Assembly (NCBI GenBank): GCA_050012755.1
Contig: JBEKGO010000016.1
Coordinates: 1 to 57,088, forward strand
DNA length: 57,088 nt
Direction of reading: 5' to 3'
From: Candidatus Bathyarchaeia archaeon
GTDB lineage: Archaea > Thermoproteota > Bathyarchaeia > Bathyarchaeales > Bathycorpusculaceae
The position numbers were made by a program, and so were the translations under genes. How positions within the stretch are numbered: position 1 is the first letter of the stretch; each line of letters begins with the position of its first letter. The notes under the pieces are model-generated. The model made no database searches and had not been told where the DNA came from. It saw nothing but the letters and a program-made list of their open reading frames with translations. Positions 9,752 through 19,700 of the stretch are shown in pieces.

Positions 9752-10216
9752 ATTCTTTGGTTTTTCCTCGTTTAGTTTAATCCACCACTCAGGAACTCTG
9801 GCTATCTCAGCATTGTCCCAAGAATCAAAAGGCTTAAGGTCCAAAATTGGTGTGCCATCGAAAGCGTCAAGACCGCGAACAGTCAAAATATTATCTTCAA
9901 CTTTCAGCAGCTCAACAAGTGTCAGCCCTATAGGGTTGGGTCGAAGGTTCGTTCTTGTAGCGAAGACTCCAAGCAGAGGCATATCCATTCTGCCTCGCGG
10001 ATGAACTTTAAGAATCAAGCGTTTATCCTCTGGAATTTGACTCATCCAAAAAATAACAAACACATGCGAAAAACCAGTAATGCCATCTAAAGCTGGAACT
10101 AACTCATCATTAAGGACGATCTGTGATACCCTCGATTTATCTTTAACTTCGTCGCCAACAGCTTCGGTTTTGACATAACCTATTGGATTTAGAACAACTT
10201 TTTCGTGAAAATGCAT
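9746..10216 (-). CDS. tsaA: tRNA m6t6A37 methyltransferase TsaA/TrmO family
   Basis: PIGYV, GVFATRTNLRPNPIGLT, LDAFDGTPILDLKP. Confidence 0.9.
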   Translation of the reverse strand: MHFHEKVVLNPIGYVKTEAVGDEVKDKSRVSQIVLNDELVPALDGITGFSHVFVIFWMSQIPEDKRLILKVHPRGRMDMPLLGVFATRTNLRPNPIGLTLVELLKVEDNILTVRGLDAFDGTPILDLKPFDSWDNAEIARVPEWWIKLNEEKPKNL

Positions 10217-10379
10217 CGGGCACTCCTCAATCTTTCAGTTGAGCTGTAAATAATATATAAGCGTTCAACACTACCAACCCTCTTTTTTGACCTTTCCTCA
10301 TTGTCTAGGAATTTATCTATCCTTGGTCTATTTAGTGCCTTAACAAAACGTATTATTCTATCGATGAGAAGAATTTGTT

Positions 10380-10661
10380 ATGTTGCGCATTGGTCACAGG
10401 GGCGCTAGAGCTTATGCGCCTGAGAATACGTTAACGAGTTTTAAGAAAGCGCTAGAAATCGGTGTAGACGCAGTTGAGTTAGACATAAGAAAAACCAAGG
10501 ACAGCCAATTTGTAGTTATTCATGATGCGGACGTCAAGCGCACGACTGATGGCGAAGGCTTAGCGAGTGAGCTTACGCTTAAGCAAATCAAAGATCTTGA
10601 TGCGGGCAGTGGCGAGAAAGAGGAAATAGCAAACGAATACTCACTACCTAGGATTTATTAA
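10380..10661 (+). pseudogene. Truncated glycerophosphodiester phosphodiesterase (N-terminal third only)
   Basis: IGHRGA..APENT, ELDIRKTKD, VIHD are present, but similarity stops at GSGEK, where IPTLEE is expected. Confidence 0.8.
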
Positions 10662-10774
10662 TAACAAAAGAGTTTATGAAAAACACTCTCTGGGAGTAAA
10701 TGACATGGGAAATGGGAATAAGAGCATGGAAATAAATAACCTGTCTTTAAGTCCCATTTCGATAAAGACACAGC

Positions 10775-10849
10775 GGGCCCGTGGCTCAGTCAGGCTAGAG
10801 CGGCGGACTCTTAATCCGTAGGTCGCGGGTTCAATTCCCGTCGGGCCCG
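10775..10849 (+). tRNA. tRNA-Lys(CUU), no encoded CCA
   Basis: Acceptor GGGCCCG/CGGGCCC, anticodon arm GCGGA-CTCTTAA-TCCGT, T-loop GGTTCAATTCC; TTTAAG about 25 nt upstream. Confidence 0.97.
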
Positions 10850-11139
10850 CCTAATTCTAACTCTGAAAAAGCAAGAAAAGTCGCAGAACGAGACCGAGGC
10901 TTAGTCTGAAAGAAGCTATTTTATGTTCAACGACTTTTTTCCCATAAACGCCTCATGAATGGCAAAAACAGCGGGACCATCCAAAGCGGGAATCTTAAAG
11001 GAACGCTAATTTGGTTGTTGAGACAATATAGGTTTAAGCACTTTCTCTTTCGCTATGCCTCTCGGCTGCTTTAGCCCGTTCACCCAAACTTACTCAAAAT
11101 CATTTTTAAGGGGGAAAAGTTTAAGGGCAATAGTTTCTT

Positions 11140-11727
11140 ATGGTTTTCGCGTATTCCATCTTTGAGGTTTATAGTTTGAGCGCTAAAATTGAAACAATAG
11201 AAGAACGCAAAGCTGAAGTCCTAATTAAACTACGAAAATACAAGTTAATTAAAAAAGAAAAATCTGAAGGCGCAGTCGGCTACATAATCGATATTCCACA
11301 GGACAAGGAGAAAGCGCTCATCTGGTGCATACTTGGCGAGGCAACTGTCGGCATCGCAGCCATGAACACACTCTACAAAGTGATGAAAGAAAAAGAAATC
11401 GACCGTGCAATCGTAGTAACCGAAGGACGCTATACACATGCTGTTAAGCTAGGCGCTAAAAAGAAACAAGTCGAATTACTTCCCAAGTCATTCCCAGTTT
11501 TCGACATTTTCGAACACGCACTTGTTCCATTCCATGAAATCCTGCCTGAAAAAGAAAAAAACCAGCTTCTCGCTCAATTTAAGGTTAAGCCCTACCAAAT
11601 GCCACAGATAAAGTCAGGCGACCCCGCAGTGAAAGTCATTGGCGCAAAGCCAGGCGACGTATTGAAAATTACAAGGAAAAGCTCAACTGCAGGCGAACAT
11701 GTCACTTACAGGTACGTTGTCGAGTAA
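11140..11727 (+). CDS. rpoH: RNA polymerase subunit Rpo5/RpoH with an RPB5-like N-terminal domain; likely start TTG 11176
   Basis: C-terminal HALVPFHEIL...QMPQIKSGDPA...GDVLKITRKSSTAGEHVTYRYV, plus about 110 extra N-terminal residues. GAGGT SD at 11164. Confidence 0.93.
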   Translation: MVFAYSIFEVYSLSAKIETIEERKAEVLIKLRKYKLIKKEKSEGAVGYIIDIPQDKEKALIWCILGEATVGIAAMNTLYKVMKEKEIDRAIVVTEGRYTHAVKLGAKKKQVELLPKSFPVFDIFEHALVPFHEILPEKEKNQLLAQFKVKPYQMPQIKSGDPAVKVIGAKPGDVLKITRKSSTAGEHVTYRYVVE

Positions 11728-11857
11728 ACGCTGAACTCTCTCATTCTTATCCCTTTACCCATAGTGCATAAGAAAGGGGTCAAAGTTTCTTGAATTCGCT
11801 ATGCGCCCTTCAACTGAATTCAATTGATATTTGATTTTTCTCATGTACAAATTATTG

Positions 11858-11896
11858 GTTTTCAACATATGTCAACATACTTTCATGAACCGGGGG
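11858..11896. repeat. Dispersed motif copy D
   Basis: gttttcaacatatgtcaacatactttcatgaaccggggg matches 946-986. Confidence 0.8.
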
Positions 11897-12052
11897 AGGT
11901 CTACCCAGTTATCTTGATGGAAGCACTAACAAATATGAGTGCTTAGTTTTAAATTATTTTGCTTAGTATTTTTGAATCAAAAAGAGGTTACCCTACTTTG
12001 GGAAACGAAACTCTAAAAAAAATAATTATTAAAAACTAATAGAGAAAAAGAA

Positions 12053-12610
12053 TTATTTAGCAATCATTACTTCTGTTGACTTCACGATTGCTTCGACTTC
12101 ATCACCGACTTTAATGTCCAAGTCTTCAACCGCATCCTTTGTTATGACTGCTGTAACCGTTACGGGCATTTTTACTTCGACCTTAACTTTGGCTGTAATT
12201 ACGCCTTTTTCAACAGAAACGACTTTTCCTTTAAAACGATTCCTTGCACTCAACTTCACATCTTTCACCTCCAATTTTCCTGAACTTGACAAAACTTTAT
12301 CCATGTAACCCTCAACTTGCTTATATTCCGCAAGTAAATTTCTACCTAAATCAGTCAGCTTTGCTCCGCCGCCACCTGATTTCCCGCCCTTGTAGGTTTC
12401 GACAATTGATTGTTCTAGAGTTTTTTGAATATCATCAATGTAATTCCAGACGTAACGGTAGGACATTCCTAAGGTTTCGGAAGCTCTAGAAATTGAGTTT
12501 TCCTTTTCAATAGCTTCCAGAATTTCCGCTCCGCCCTTGCCGATTACTGGTTGGTCTTTGTATTCTATCCAGACTTTGCAGGAAAGCTTATGTTTTTTGT
12601 TAGGAAGCAT
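12053..12610 (-). CDS. modE: ModE-family molybdate/tungstate regulator (wHTH plus TOBE/Mop)
   Basis: SISRASETLGMSYRYVW, GGKSGGGAKLT, LSARNRFKGKV. Confidence 0.9.
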   Translation of the reverse strand: MLPNKKHKLSCKVWIEYKDQPVIGKGGAEILEAIEKENSISRASETLGMSYRYVWNYIDDIQKTLEQSIVETYKGGKSGGGGAKLTDLGRNLLAEYKQVEGYMDKVLSSSGKLEVKDVKLSARNRFKGKVVSVEKGVITAKVKVEVKMPVTVTAVITKDAVEDLDIKVGDEVEAIVKSTEVMIAK

Positions 12611-12694
12611 CTAGAATGGTTATGTCTTAAAACCCATATAAACTAATCAGGGACAGAGAAATGGTATTTTTGCCAATAAACTGTGAGAAAGCAA

Positions 12695-13411
12695 CTAAAA
12701 TTCTAGTTCTCCGTTGACAAATTTACGGGATATTTCACTTTTGGGCTGTTCAAAGAAATCTTCCGTTTTTGCCACTTCAACAATATTCCCATTGTATATA
12801 TGGACAATTTCATCTGCTATACGTCTTGTTTGGGTAAGGTTATGAGTGGCCATTACTATAATGCGGTCAGGGCTTTTTCGGCTGACAATTGCCTTTTCAA
12901 TAATAGAAGCGCTGTTAGGATCCAAATTCGCTGTCGGCTCATCCAAAAGCAAAACATGAGATTCAAGCAAGAATGCTCGAGCCAAAGCTAATCGCTGCTG
13001 CTCACCGCCTGAGGTTTTTCTGGCCTTGCGTTTCTCGAAATCTGAAAGTCTTACTGCTTGTAGGGCTTCAGCGACTTTCTTTTTGATTTCGTTTTTTGGC
13101 TCTTTTCGTATTCTCAGACCATAAGCCAGGTTATCATAGACGTTAGTGCTGAACATAGCAGTTTTCTGAAAAACCAATGTGGCTACTTGACGTAAAGCTT
13201 TACAATCGATATTTTGGTGGTTAAAGAGTAATTGTCCGCTGTCAGCGCTTTCTAAACCAGCCATTATGCGCATAAGCGTTGTTTTACCTGCTCCGTTGAC
13301 TCCTAAGAGAACGATTATTTTACCGCCCTGCAGTTCTAAGGACACTGAATTTAATGTTTTTACATTGCGGTAGCTTTTTTTGATATCTAGTAGTTGCATT
13401 TGAACGCTCAT
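12695..13411 (-). CDS. tupC: Tungstate ABC transporter ATPase
   Basis: GVNGAGKT, SGGEQQR, LLDEPT; in operon with tupB and tupA. Confidence 0.8.
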   Translation of the reverse strand: MSVQMQLLDIKKSYRNVKTLNSVSLELQGGKIIVLLGVNGAGKTTLMRIMAGLESADSGQLLFNHQNIDCKALRQVATLVFQKTAMFSTNVYDNLAYGLRIRKEPKNEIKKKVAEALQAVRLSDFEKRKARKTSGGEQQRLALARAFLLESHVLLLDEPTANLDPNSASIIEKAIVSRKSPDRIIVMATHNLTQTRRIADEIVHIYNGNIVEVAKTEDFFEQPKSEISRKFVNGELEF

Positions 13412-13415
13412 GTCA

Positions 13416-14171
13416 TTAATTCCCGCCTAAACCTCGCCATAAGGATAGCCTATTCCATCCTCCTTCATCTTGTCTGATGCGCTCGATTAGAGCGATGGTT
13501 AACGCTAAAGCTATCACTATTGCTATAAGGATTAACGCATATGCCATTGCAGTATCGAAACTTCCAAAATTGATTTCCAAAGCAATAGCAGTGGTCAAAA
13601 CTCTTGTTTCTCCCAGCAGATTACCACCAACAATTGTCGCGATGCCAAGTTCTCCAAAACCCCTGTTAAAACCCGCCGTAATAGAAAGCACCATCGACCA
13701 AATTGTCTCGCGAATAAGAGTTAAATTAGTTCTGAAACCTGATGCTCCAAGGGTTTTGGCTAGGTCTCGAAGTTGAGTATCGGCTGCTCCAAGAGCATTT
13801 GCCGTGAAACTTACAATTATTGGCGTAACTAGTATGGCTTGTCCGATTGCGATGCCATTGAGTGTATACAACAGGTGAAAGGAACCAAATTCACCCTGCC
13901 TTGATAAAAGCAAATACAAAAGCAGCCCTAAAGCAACGGTCGGTATGCCTATTAACGCGTTAAAGAGACCTTTGATAAACCATTTTCCCTTGAAATTGTA
14001 TAAGCCTAAAACTACGGCGATTGGAATACTCCAAACGCATGACAATAATGTTCCTAAGCCTGCAACATAAATGGTTCTGTAAACTGTAGCGTAGACTTCA
14101 GGATTGCCGCTTGTTATCAAATTGATTGCTTGCTTAAAGGCTGGAACGATAATATCAGCCATGCATATCAC
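13416..14171 (-). CDS. tupB: Tungstate ABC transporter permease
   Basis: GIPTVALGLLLYLLLSRQG, GFGELG..IVGGN...TRVLTTAIALE. Confidence 0.85.
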   Translation of the reverse strand: MICMADIIVPAFKQAINLITSGNPEVYATVYRTIYVAGLGTLLSCVWSIPIAVVLGLYNFKGKWFIKGLFNALIGIPTVALGLLLYLLLSRQGEFGSFHLLYTLNGIAIGQAILVTPIIVSFTANALGAADTQLRDLAKTLGASGFRTNLTLIRETIWSMVLSITAGFNRGFGELGIATIVGGNLLGETRVLTTAIALEINFGSFDTAMAYALILIAIVIALALTIALIERIRQDEGGWNRLSLWRGLGGN

Positions 14172-14212
14172 AAAAGAAAATAAGGGAAATTTTATTTGAG
14201 CTTTTCCTAAGA

Positions 14213-15622
14213 CTATGCCTTGTTCACTTTGCTGCTACTTTGAATCGGCACTGGCTGCGCAAATGTGATTTGTTGGCCGTCCGTAATGTAGTAGTTTGGA
14301 AGGCTTATTGAAGCGCTAAGGTTCATGTTTGCTACCACTGTATCGTAAGTTTGGGCGTACAAGTTGCCTGCATTGTATCGGTATTGTGTTGGACATTCAG
14401 TTCCACTAGCGTTGATTATTGCTGCGTTGGTTGCCGTATTATAGTTCATATAAGAATAGCTTTGAATCCAACCGAGCAATGTGGCGTTAGATGCAGTACC
14501 GCTAGCTAATGGTACAAACGGGAGAAACAGTTGCTGTCCGTAAGTTGAAATTCCATAATTTGCAATCAATTGTTGGCCTTCGGCGGAAACTAGATAGTTG
14601 ACGAATAAGATCGCAGCGTTAAAGTTAATATTGGTCAAATTGGCGTTTTGTGGGTTGTCAATTATTGCGCTGTACACATTTAGCAGAGCTTGTTGTGCTT
14701 GAATCTCAATTTTCAGTTGTATGGGTTGTATAGCACTGGAACTGGAATAGGCAAGGTAGGTGCCCATATCTGAAAGGATGTACCCGTTTAGTTGGTCAGC
14801 GACCAGTAGTGAAGCGCCCATGCCTGAACCCGTAGATTTGAACCAAGTTGTATTCTGAACTAGTGTAGTGTAGGTGTAACCTGCGGCCTTCCAAAGATTA
14901 CTCTCTGCGGTGGCTGTTCCTGAACCATCGTTTCTAGTGACCCATACGACTTGACTATTTGTTTGTGCTGCATTGTAGAGATTTCTCAGAGCTTGGCTCA
15001 CATTAGTCATACCTTTGATGCCTGCTGGGTCACTTGCTGGTCCAAGGATTACAAAGAAATTGTATGCTATGATTTTGCGGTCTACTCCATATCCGCCTGA
15101 TAAGAAAGTGGCTTCTTGCGATGGGGAATGAACAAGTATCATGTCTGCATCCCCTCTTTGGGCGGTTTGTATGGCAGCGCCGGTTCCTTGTGCAAGAAAG
15201 TTCACTGTTATCCATGGATATTTAGTTTGGAAAGCATCTTTTATGTTGCCTGTTCCATTGTCCTCCAATCCCGTGTCATGGAGACTTGTAGTTGAAGAGA
15301 CTGTTAACGTTGTTGGGCTAGGGGTTGGAGTTGGTGATGGTGACGGCGTAGGGGAAGACGAAGGAGTAGGGCTTGCAGCTGATGATGGAGTTGGCGATGG
15401 AGTTGGCGATGAGGTTGCTGTAGGGGATGATGATGGTGAAGGGCTGGGAGATGCAGAAGGCGAAGAACTTGGAGATGCAGATGGTGTAGGTGAAGGTGTC
15501 GGTGTTGGAGTTGGCTGACTGTTCGTTTTTGTGTTTTGTTCGTAAATGTATGCAGCTGCACCTATTGCTGACACAATTATGATGATTAATACGACTGTCA
15601 GTATTTTTCTTGTTAGATTCAT
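14213..15622 (-). CDS. tupA: Tungstate-binding protein with N-terminal membrane anchor and long Pro/Ser/Thr linker
   Basis: [16 protein letters not shown]...[35 protein letters not shown]. Confidence 0.85.
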   Translation of the reverse strand: MNLTRKILTVVLIIIIVSAIGAAAYIYEQNTKTNSQPTPTPTPSPTPSASPSSSPSASPSPSPSSSPTATSSPTPSPTPSSAASPTPSSSPTPSPSPTPTPSPTTLTVSSTTSLHDTGLEDNGTGNIKDAFQTKYPWITVNFLAQGTGAAIQTAQRGDADMILVHSPSQEATFLSGGYGVDRKIIAYNFFVILGPASDPAGIKGMTNVSQALRNLYNAAQTNSQVVWVTRNDGSGTATAESNLWKAAGYTYTTLVQNTTWFKSTGSGMGASLLVADQLNGYILSDMGTYLAYSSSSAIQPIQLKIEIQAQQALLNVYSAIIDNPQNANLTNINFNAAILFVNYLVSAEGQQLIANYGISTYGQQLFLPFVPLASGTASNATLLGWIQSYSYMNYNTATNAAIINASGTECPTQYRYNAGNLYAQTYDTVVANMNLSASISLPNYYITDGQQITFAQPVPIQSSSKVNKA

Positions 15623-15646
15623 TTTTTTTACCTATTTTTTATGGAA

Positions 15647-15670
15647 CGATATGCACATATAAATATAACG
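15647..15670. promoter_or_regulatory. Putative ModE operator upstream of tupA
   Basis: Minus strand CGTTATATT-N6-TGCATATCG fits the ModE consensus CGnTATATA-N6-TATATAnCG and overlaps a TATA-like TTTATAT. Confidence 0.75.
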
Positions 15671-15739
15671 GTGCCTAACCGCTTCAAATAATATACCACT
15701 TGAACAAAAAATAAGAGCGTTAACAGGAAAAACCAGCAT

Positions 15740-15970
15740 TCAAACAGGCGCTTGACTTTCTTGAATGAGCTCGTTGAGGATTACCAACGCTTCACCAAGT
15801 GGCATTCCCAGTCTTCCTGCAAGCTCAACTGCCGAAACATCGGCTTCCTGCGGCAAAATGGTGTCGCGGGTGTAGGCTTTATGGGTCGGATACATAACGG
15901 AAGCATGAACCGTTTCTACAAGTAGCTGCCAAAGCCTCTCTTTAGTGTACTCATCCAAATTCATAGGCAC
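15740..15970 (-). CDS. Small hypothetical protein with HTH-like C-terminus
   Basis: SAVELAGRLGMPLGEALVIL resembles a helix-turn-helix. Confidence 0.6.
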   Translation of the reverse strand: MPMNLDEYTKERLWQLLVETVHASVMYPTHKAYTRDTILPQEADVSAVELAGRLGMPLGEALVILNELIQESQAPV

Positions 15971-16097
15971 TCAAACCATCCATGCGCTATTATAGTTATT
16001 AACCTAACGCAAGACAATTCAATCCTGTTACCACAAAGTATATTTCTACTAGGACAAGTGTTAACCCAGTTTCACCATCAATAACGGAGGGATAAAT

Positions 16098-16778
16098 GTG
16101 CCAGTAGATGCAGTAATCTTTGATTTAGACGGAACACTTGCCCACTTCAACCTAGATTACAAAACACTTCGCTCAGAAGTAAGAAGCTACCTTATAAGAA
16201 TGGGCGTTCCTACGTCCCTCGTAGATGTTAATGAAAGCATTTTTGAAATGCTGAAAAAAGCAGAGATTTTCCTGAAAAATAGTGGTAAACCCGCTGAAAC
16301 CTTTGCTGATGTTCGCAGTCAAGTATTATCTATCGCAGAGAAATATGAGATGGAGGCTGCTTCATCTACAAATTTGCAGGTGGGAGCCAATGAAACGCTA
16401 AAGGAGTTGAAGCGGATGAACCTGAAGATAGGTTTATGCACTACCAGCGGTGAAAAAGCCGTAAATTACATCCTTAAACGTTTCAAGATTCACGATTTCT
16501 TCCAAGTTGTAGTTACCAGAGACAAAGTGAAATATGTTAAGCCCAGCACAGAACAATTTGAAGTGGCGCTTAAAGCGTTAGGTGTTAGCCCGCAAGCCGC
16601 TTTAATAGTTGGAGACAGCATCGTTGACATGCAAAGTGCTCAGGAAGCAAAAGCAATTGCAGTTGGTTTACCAACTGGAATGTCTACCTTGGAACAATTG
16701 AAAAACAACGGGGCAAACTACATCATAACATCATTAAATGATTTGCCAGTTCTAATAAAAGAGATAAATAAAGATTAA
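16098..16778 (+). CDS. HAD-family phosphatase (PGP-like)
   Basis: DLDGTL, KP, VGDSIVD. Confidence 0.9.
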   Translation: MPVDAVIFDLDGTLAHFNLDYKTLRSEVRSYLIRMGVPTSLVDVNESIFEMLKKAEIFLKNSGKPAETFADVRSQVLSIAEKYEMEAASSTNLQVGANETLKELKRMNLKIGLCTTSGEKAVNYILKRFKIHDFFQVVVTRDKVKYVKPSTEQFEVALKALGVSPQAALIVGDSIVDMQSAQEAKAIAVGLPTGMSTLEQLKNNGANYIITSLNDLPVLIKEINKD

Positions 16779-19700
16779 GCAGCGGTAACAACATCGTCTT
16801 TGCAGACGAGTTTTCTGTCCCGTATCAGCCGCTTAAGTATTTCAGAAAACACTACCTTGGCGTCTTGGCCTGAATGGTTTAATCCGAACACTTTTGCAGT
16901 CTCAGCAATCAATGAATCTTCGCTTATTCCTAACGCGTATTGGGCTACCAGTTGCATAGCTGATTCCACTTCTTCAGGAGCAATATATTCGGGTTTGCGT
17001 TTTGATTCAGGTATACCTTGGATTGGAACTCGAATTGGGGTCTGTTTAAGTTCAGGCGGCCAAAGAAAACTGCCTTTAATTACTACTTTTTGTTCTCTCA
17101 GCAAGTTGTTGAGTGCTTCTTTTACAGCGTGAGTTATCTGCGAAGTAACCTGTTTAACGCCCAATGCGGCTGCTAAACGTTCAACTGCGTACTGAAAGTG
17201 AACTGGACCTTCTTTTTGTATAAGTTCAGCTAGGAGTTTTGTTTGGGTTTCTCTGTTTTCTGGAAAATGAAACTCGTTTTTCTGTTTTGAATCATATGTT
17301 TTGTTGGCAGTGGCAACTTTGATGTAAGGATTAAAAGTGGCTTTAAGGGGCTGAATTTTGTAGGGTACGCCGATTTTTTCAACGCCTCCAAATTGGTTTC
17401 TTTGCACATCAGTCTCAGGGGCATTATCCGCCTTAACATCGATTACTGGTTTCAGAGCATCTTTTTCAAGCTGGAACTGCTGTGCTTGTTCAAGAGCATC
17501 TTTTAGCCGCCTGATTTCAGAGTCACGTCTTGCAACCCAAGCTGGTGACCAAATACGGTGAATACGCCATCCCAGTTGCCTTAACACTTGCTCTCGCAGA
17601 CGATCTCGGTCTCGTGCACTGCTGCTGGATTTGTATGTGGCGCCATCACATTCTATGCCAAGCAAGAAGGATCCGGGATTAACTGGGTCAGAAACACCGA
17701 TATCAATTCTGTAACCGCTACAACCTACTTGCGGGACTACTTCGTAGCCCATTTTTTTGATTTCCGCCGCTACGTCTTCGTCTAATGCTGAGTCAAATTC
17801 GCCCTCTTTTGTCTTAACTGATTCTAATGTTTCAGGTCCATGCTCAGCATAATCAAGATAATAGCGGAGTGTTTGTACGCCGATTGCTTTGGTTTCGGGG
17901 TCAATATCAGTAGCTTTGATTGAACTTATCAGTACGACTTTTTCTCGGGCACGGGTGACTGCAACGTTTAAGCGTCGTTCGCCGCCAGGCTTGTTTAAGG
18001 GTCCAAAGTTCATTGTCATCTGTTTCTCCTGATCGTAACCGTAGCCAACGCTGAAGAATATGACATCCCGTTCGTCACCTTGAACGTTCTCTAAGTTTTT
18101 GACGAAAAAGCCTTCGAGTCGATCTTCCTTGAAGAACTGCTCAAAATCTGGCTGCTCTTTGAGGCGGCGGTCTATGGCTTCTTCAACTGTTTCCATTTGA
18201 GCAATGCTGAAAGTCACTACGCCCAAGGTTTTCTTTGGATAAAGGCGAAAATGCTCGAAAACAAGGTCAGCGACTTTCTCTGCCTCAGCAGGGTTATTTC
18301 TCTTGCCGCCGCGGTCATAGATGCCATCTGGGACATAAACGATTTTTACTCCTAAACTGTCAGTTTGAGCTTTTGCTGCTGGAAAAGTTATTAGATTGTC
18401 ATCGTAAAAGCGATGGTTTGAAAATGCAATTAGCCCTTCATGCCTGCTTCGATAATGCCACTTCAAAGTTTTAACAGGCAATCCAATGCCTAAACACTCA
18501 TCAAGTATACTATCAAAGACTTCAACGTCTTCATCACTGAGTTCATCCCAGTCAACATCGTCAATTAGGTTTTTCTGGAAAAATGATGTAGGGGGCAGCT
18601 GTTTGTTATCACCTGCGACAACCAAAGTTTTTCCGCGGTAAATTGAACCGATGGCATCTTCTGGAACTATTTGGGATGCCTCATCAAACAGGACTAAATC
18701 AAATTTGTTGCTTTCTGCGGGAAGGAACTGGCTGACAGTTATTGGACTCATAAGTAGGCATGGTTTTAGTTTTACCAGCAGATTAGGAATTTTTTGCAAA
18801 AGTGTGCGAATGGGCATCAACTGTCTCTTTTTTGCGGCTTCCTTCTGAAGAATGGCTGCTTCTGAATCGGCTGCTTGAATAAGTATGTCTTGTGGTTTTC
18901 GGCTGTTTGCTTGTTCAATAACCATGCTGGAACTGAGCCGTATGAGGTCTTGGTCAATTTTTCTGAAGTCTGCGATTAGTTGTTCGTGGTTTTCCCTTCT
19001 GAACTTGCCCAACTTGGGGTCTTCATTGTAGAGGTTGTTTATCCAATCTTGGTAGACTCCTTTACGAAAAACATCACCTAAATCTACAGCTGCAATTCGC
19101 TCCTCTGCTAGACGATTAAAGAACGGGTCTAAGCCTCGAAGGGCAAAGTGATTTTTGATATCTTTGAAGTCAATCCAAACTTGCAAATCATCTACGCGGT
19201 CTCGAAGTGCCTGAATTCGTTCACCAATCACTTTTATTTCTAAATCTTTCAGTTTCTGGTTTTGATATTTCATTTCAGCCTCAAAACGGGCTCCAAAATC
19301 AGAAAGAACCTTTAATGAAGCATCAAGTCTTTGGTTCAGCTCCAAGCTTGATGGCGCAGAGGTTGGCCCTTGAGCCGCAATCACTGCGAAGATTTCTGGA
19401 ACTGGAATTTCAAGAAAAGCTGCTTGAACTCTCTTTGTCCATTCAAGAACTGCTACGACATCTTCCCAATTTGTTTCCAGTTCATGAAATCGGGAACCGA
19501 ATTTTTCTTGAAGCTGAGCTTTTTCTCCGATTATGGTGGCTTCTTTCTTTCGTATTTCTTCAGCGTTTCTGAGGTCGTCTAATAGTTGCTTGTAGTTTTG
19601 AGGCTCTTGCTTGCAAGTTGACAATGTTTCTTTTGTCAATGCACAAAGTGGGCTAAGCTGTTTTTCTGTTTCGTTTGCCCATTCTTCAAGAAGGGGCAGT

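Noticed and set aside
986-11858. Mobile element bounded by motif copies C and D carrying the trp operon
   Set aside because: The interval includes rpoH and a tRNA and has no integrase or transposase.
12618-12643. Second ModE box upstream of modE
   Set aside because: Half-sites are too degenerate and the spacing is off.
15141-15561. Gly/Asp/Val-rich and His/Leu/Gln-rich ORFs
   Set aside because: Shadow frames of the Pro/Ser/Thr linker of tupA.
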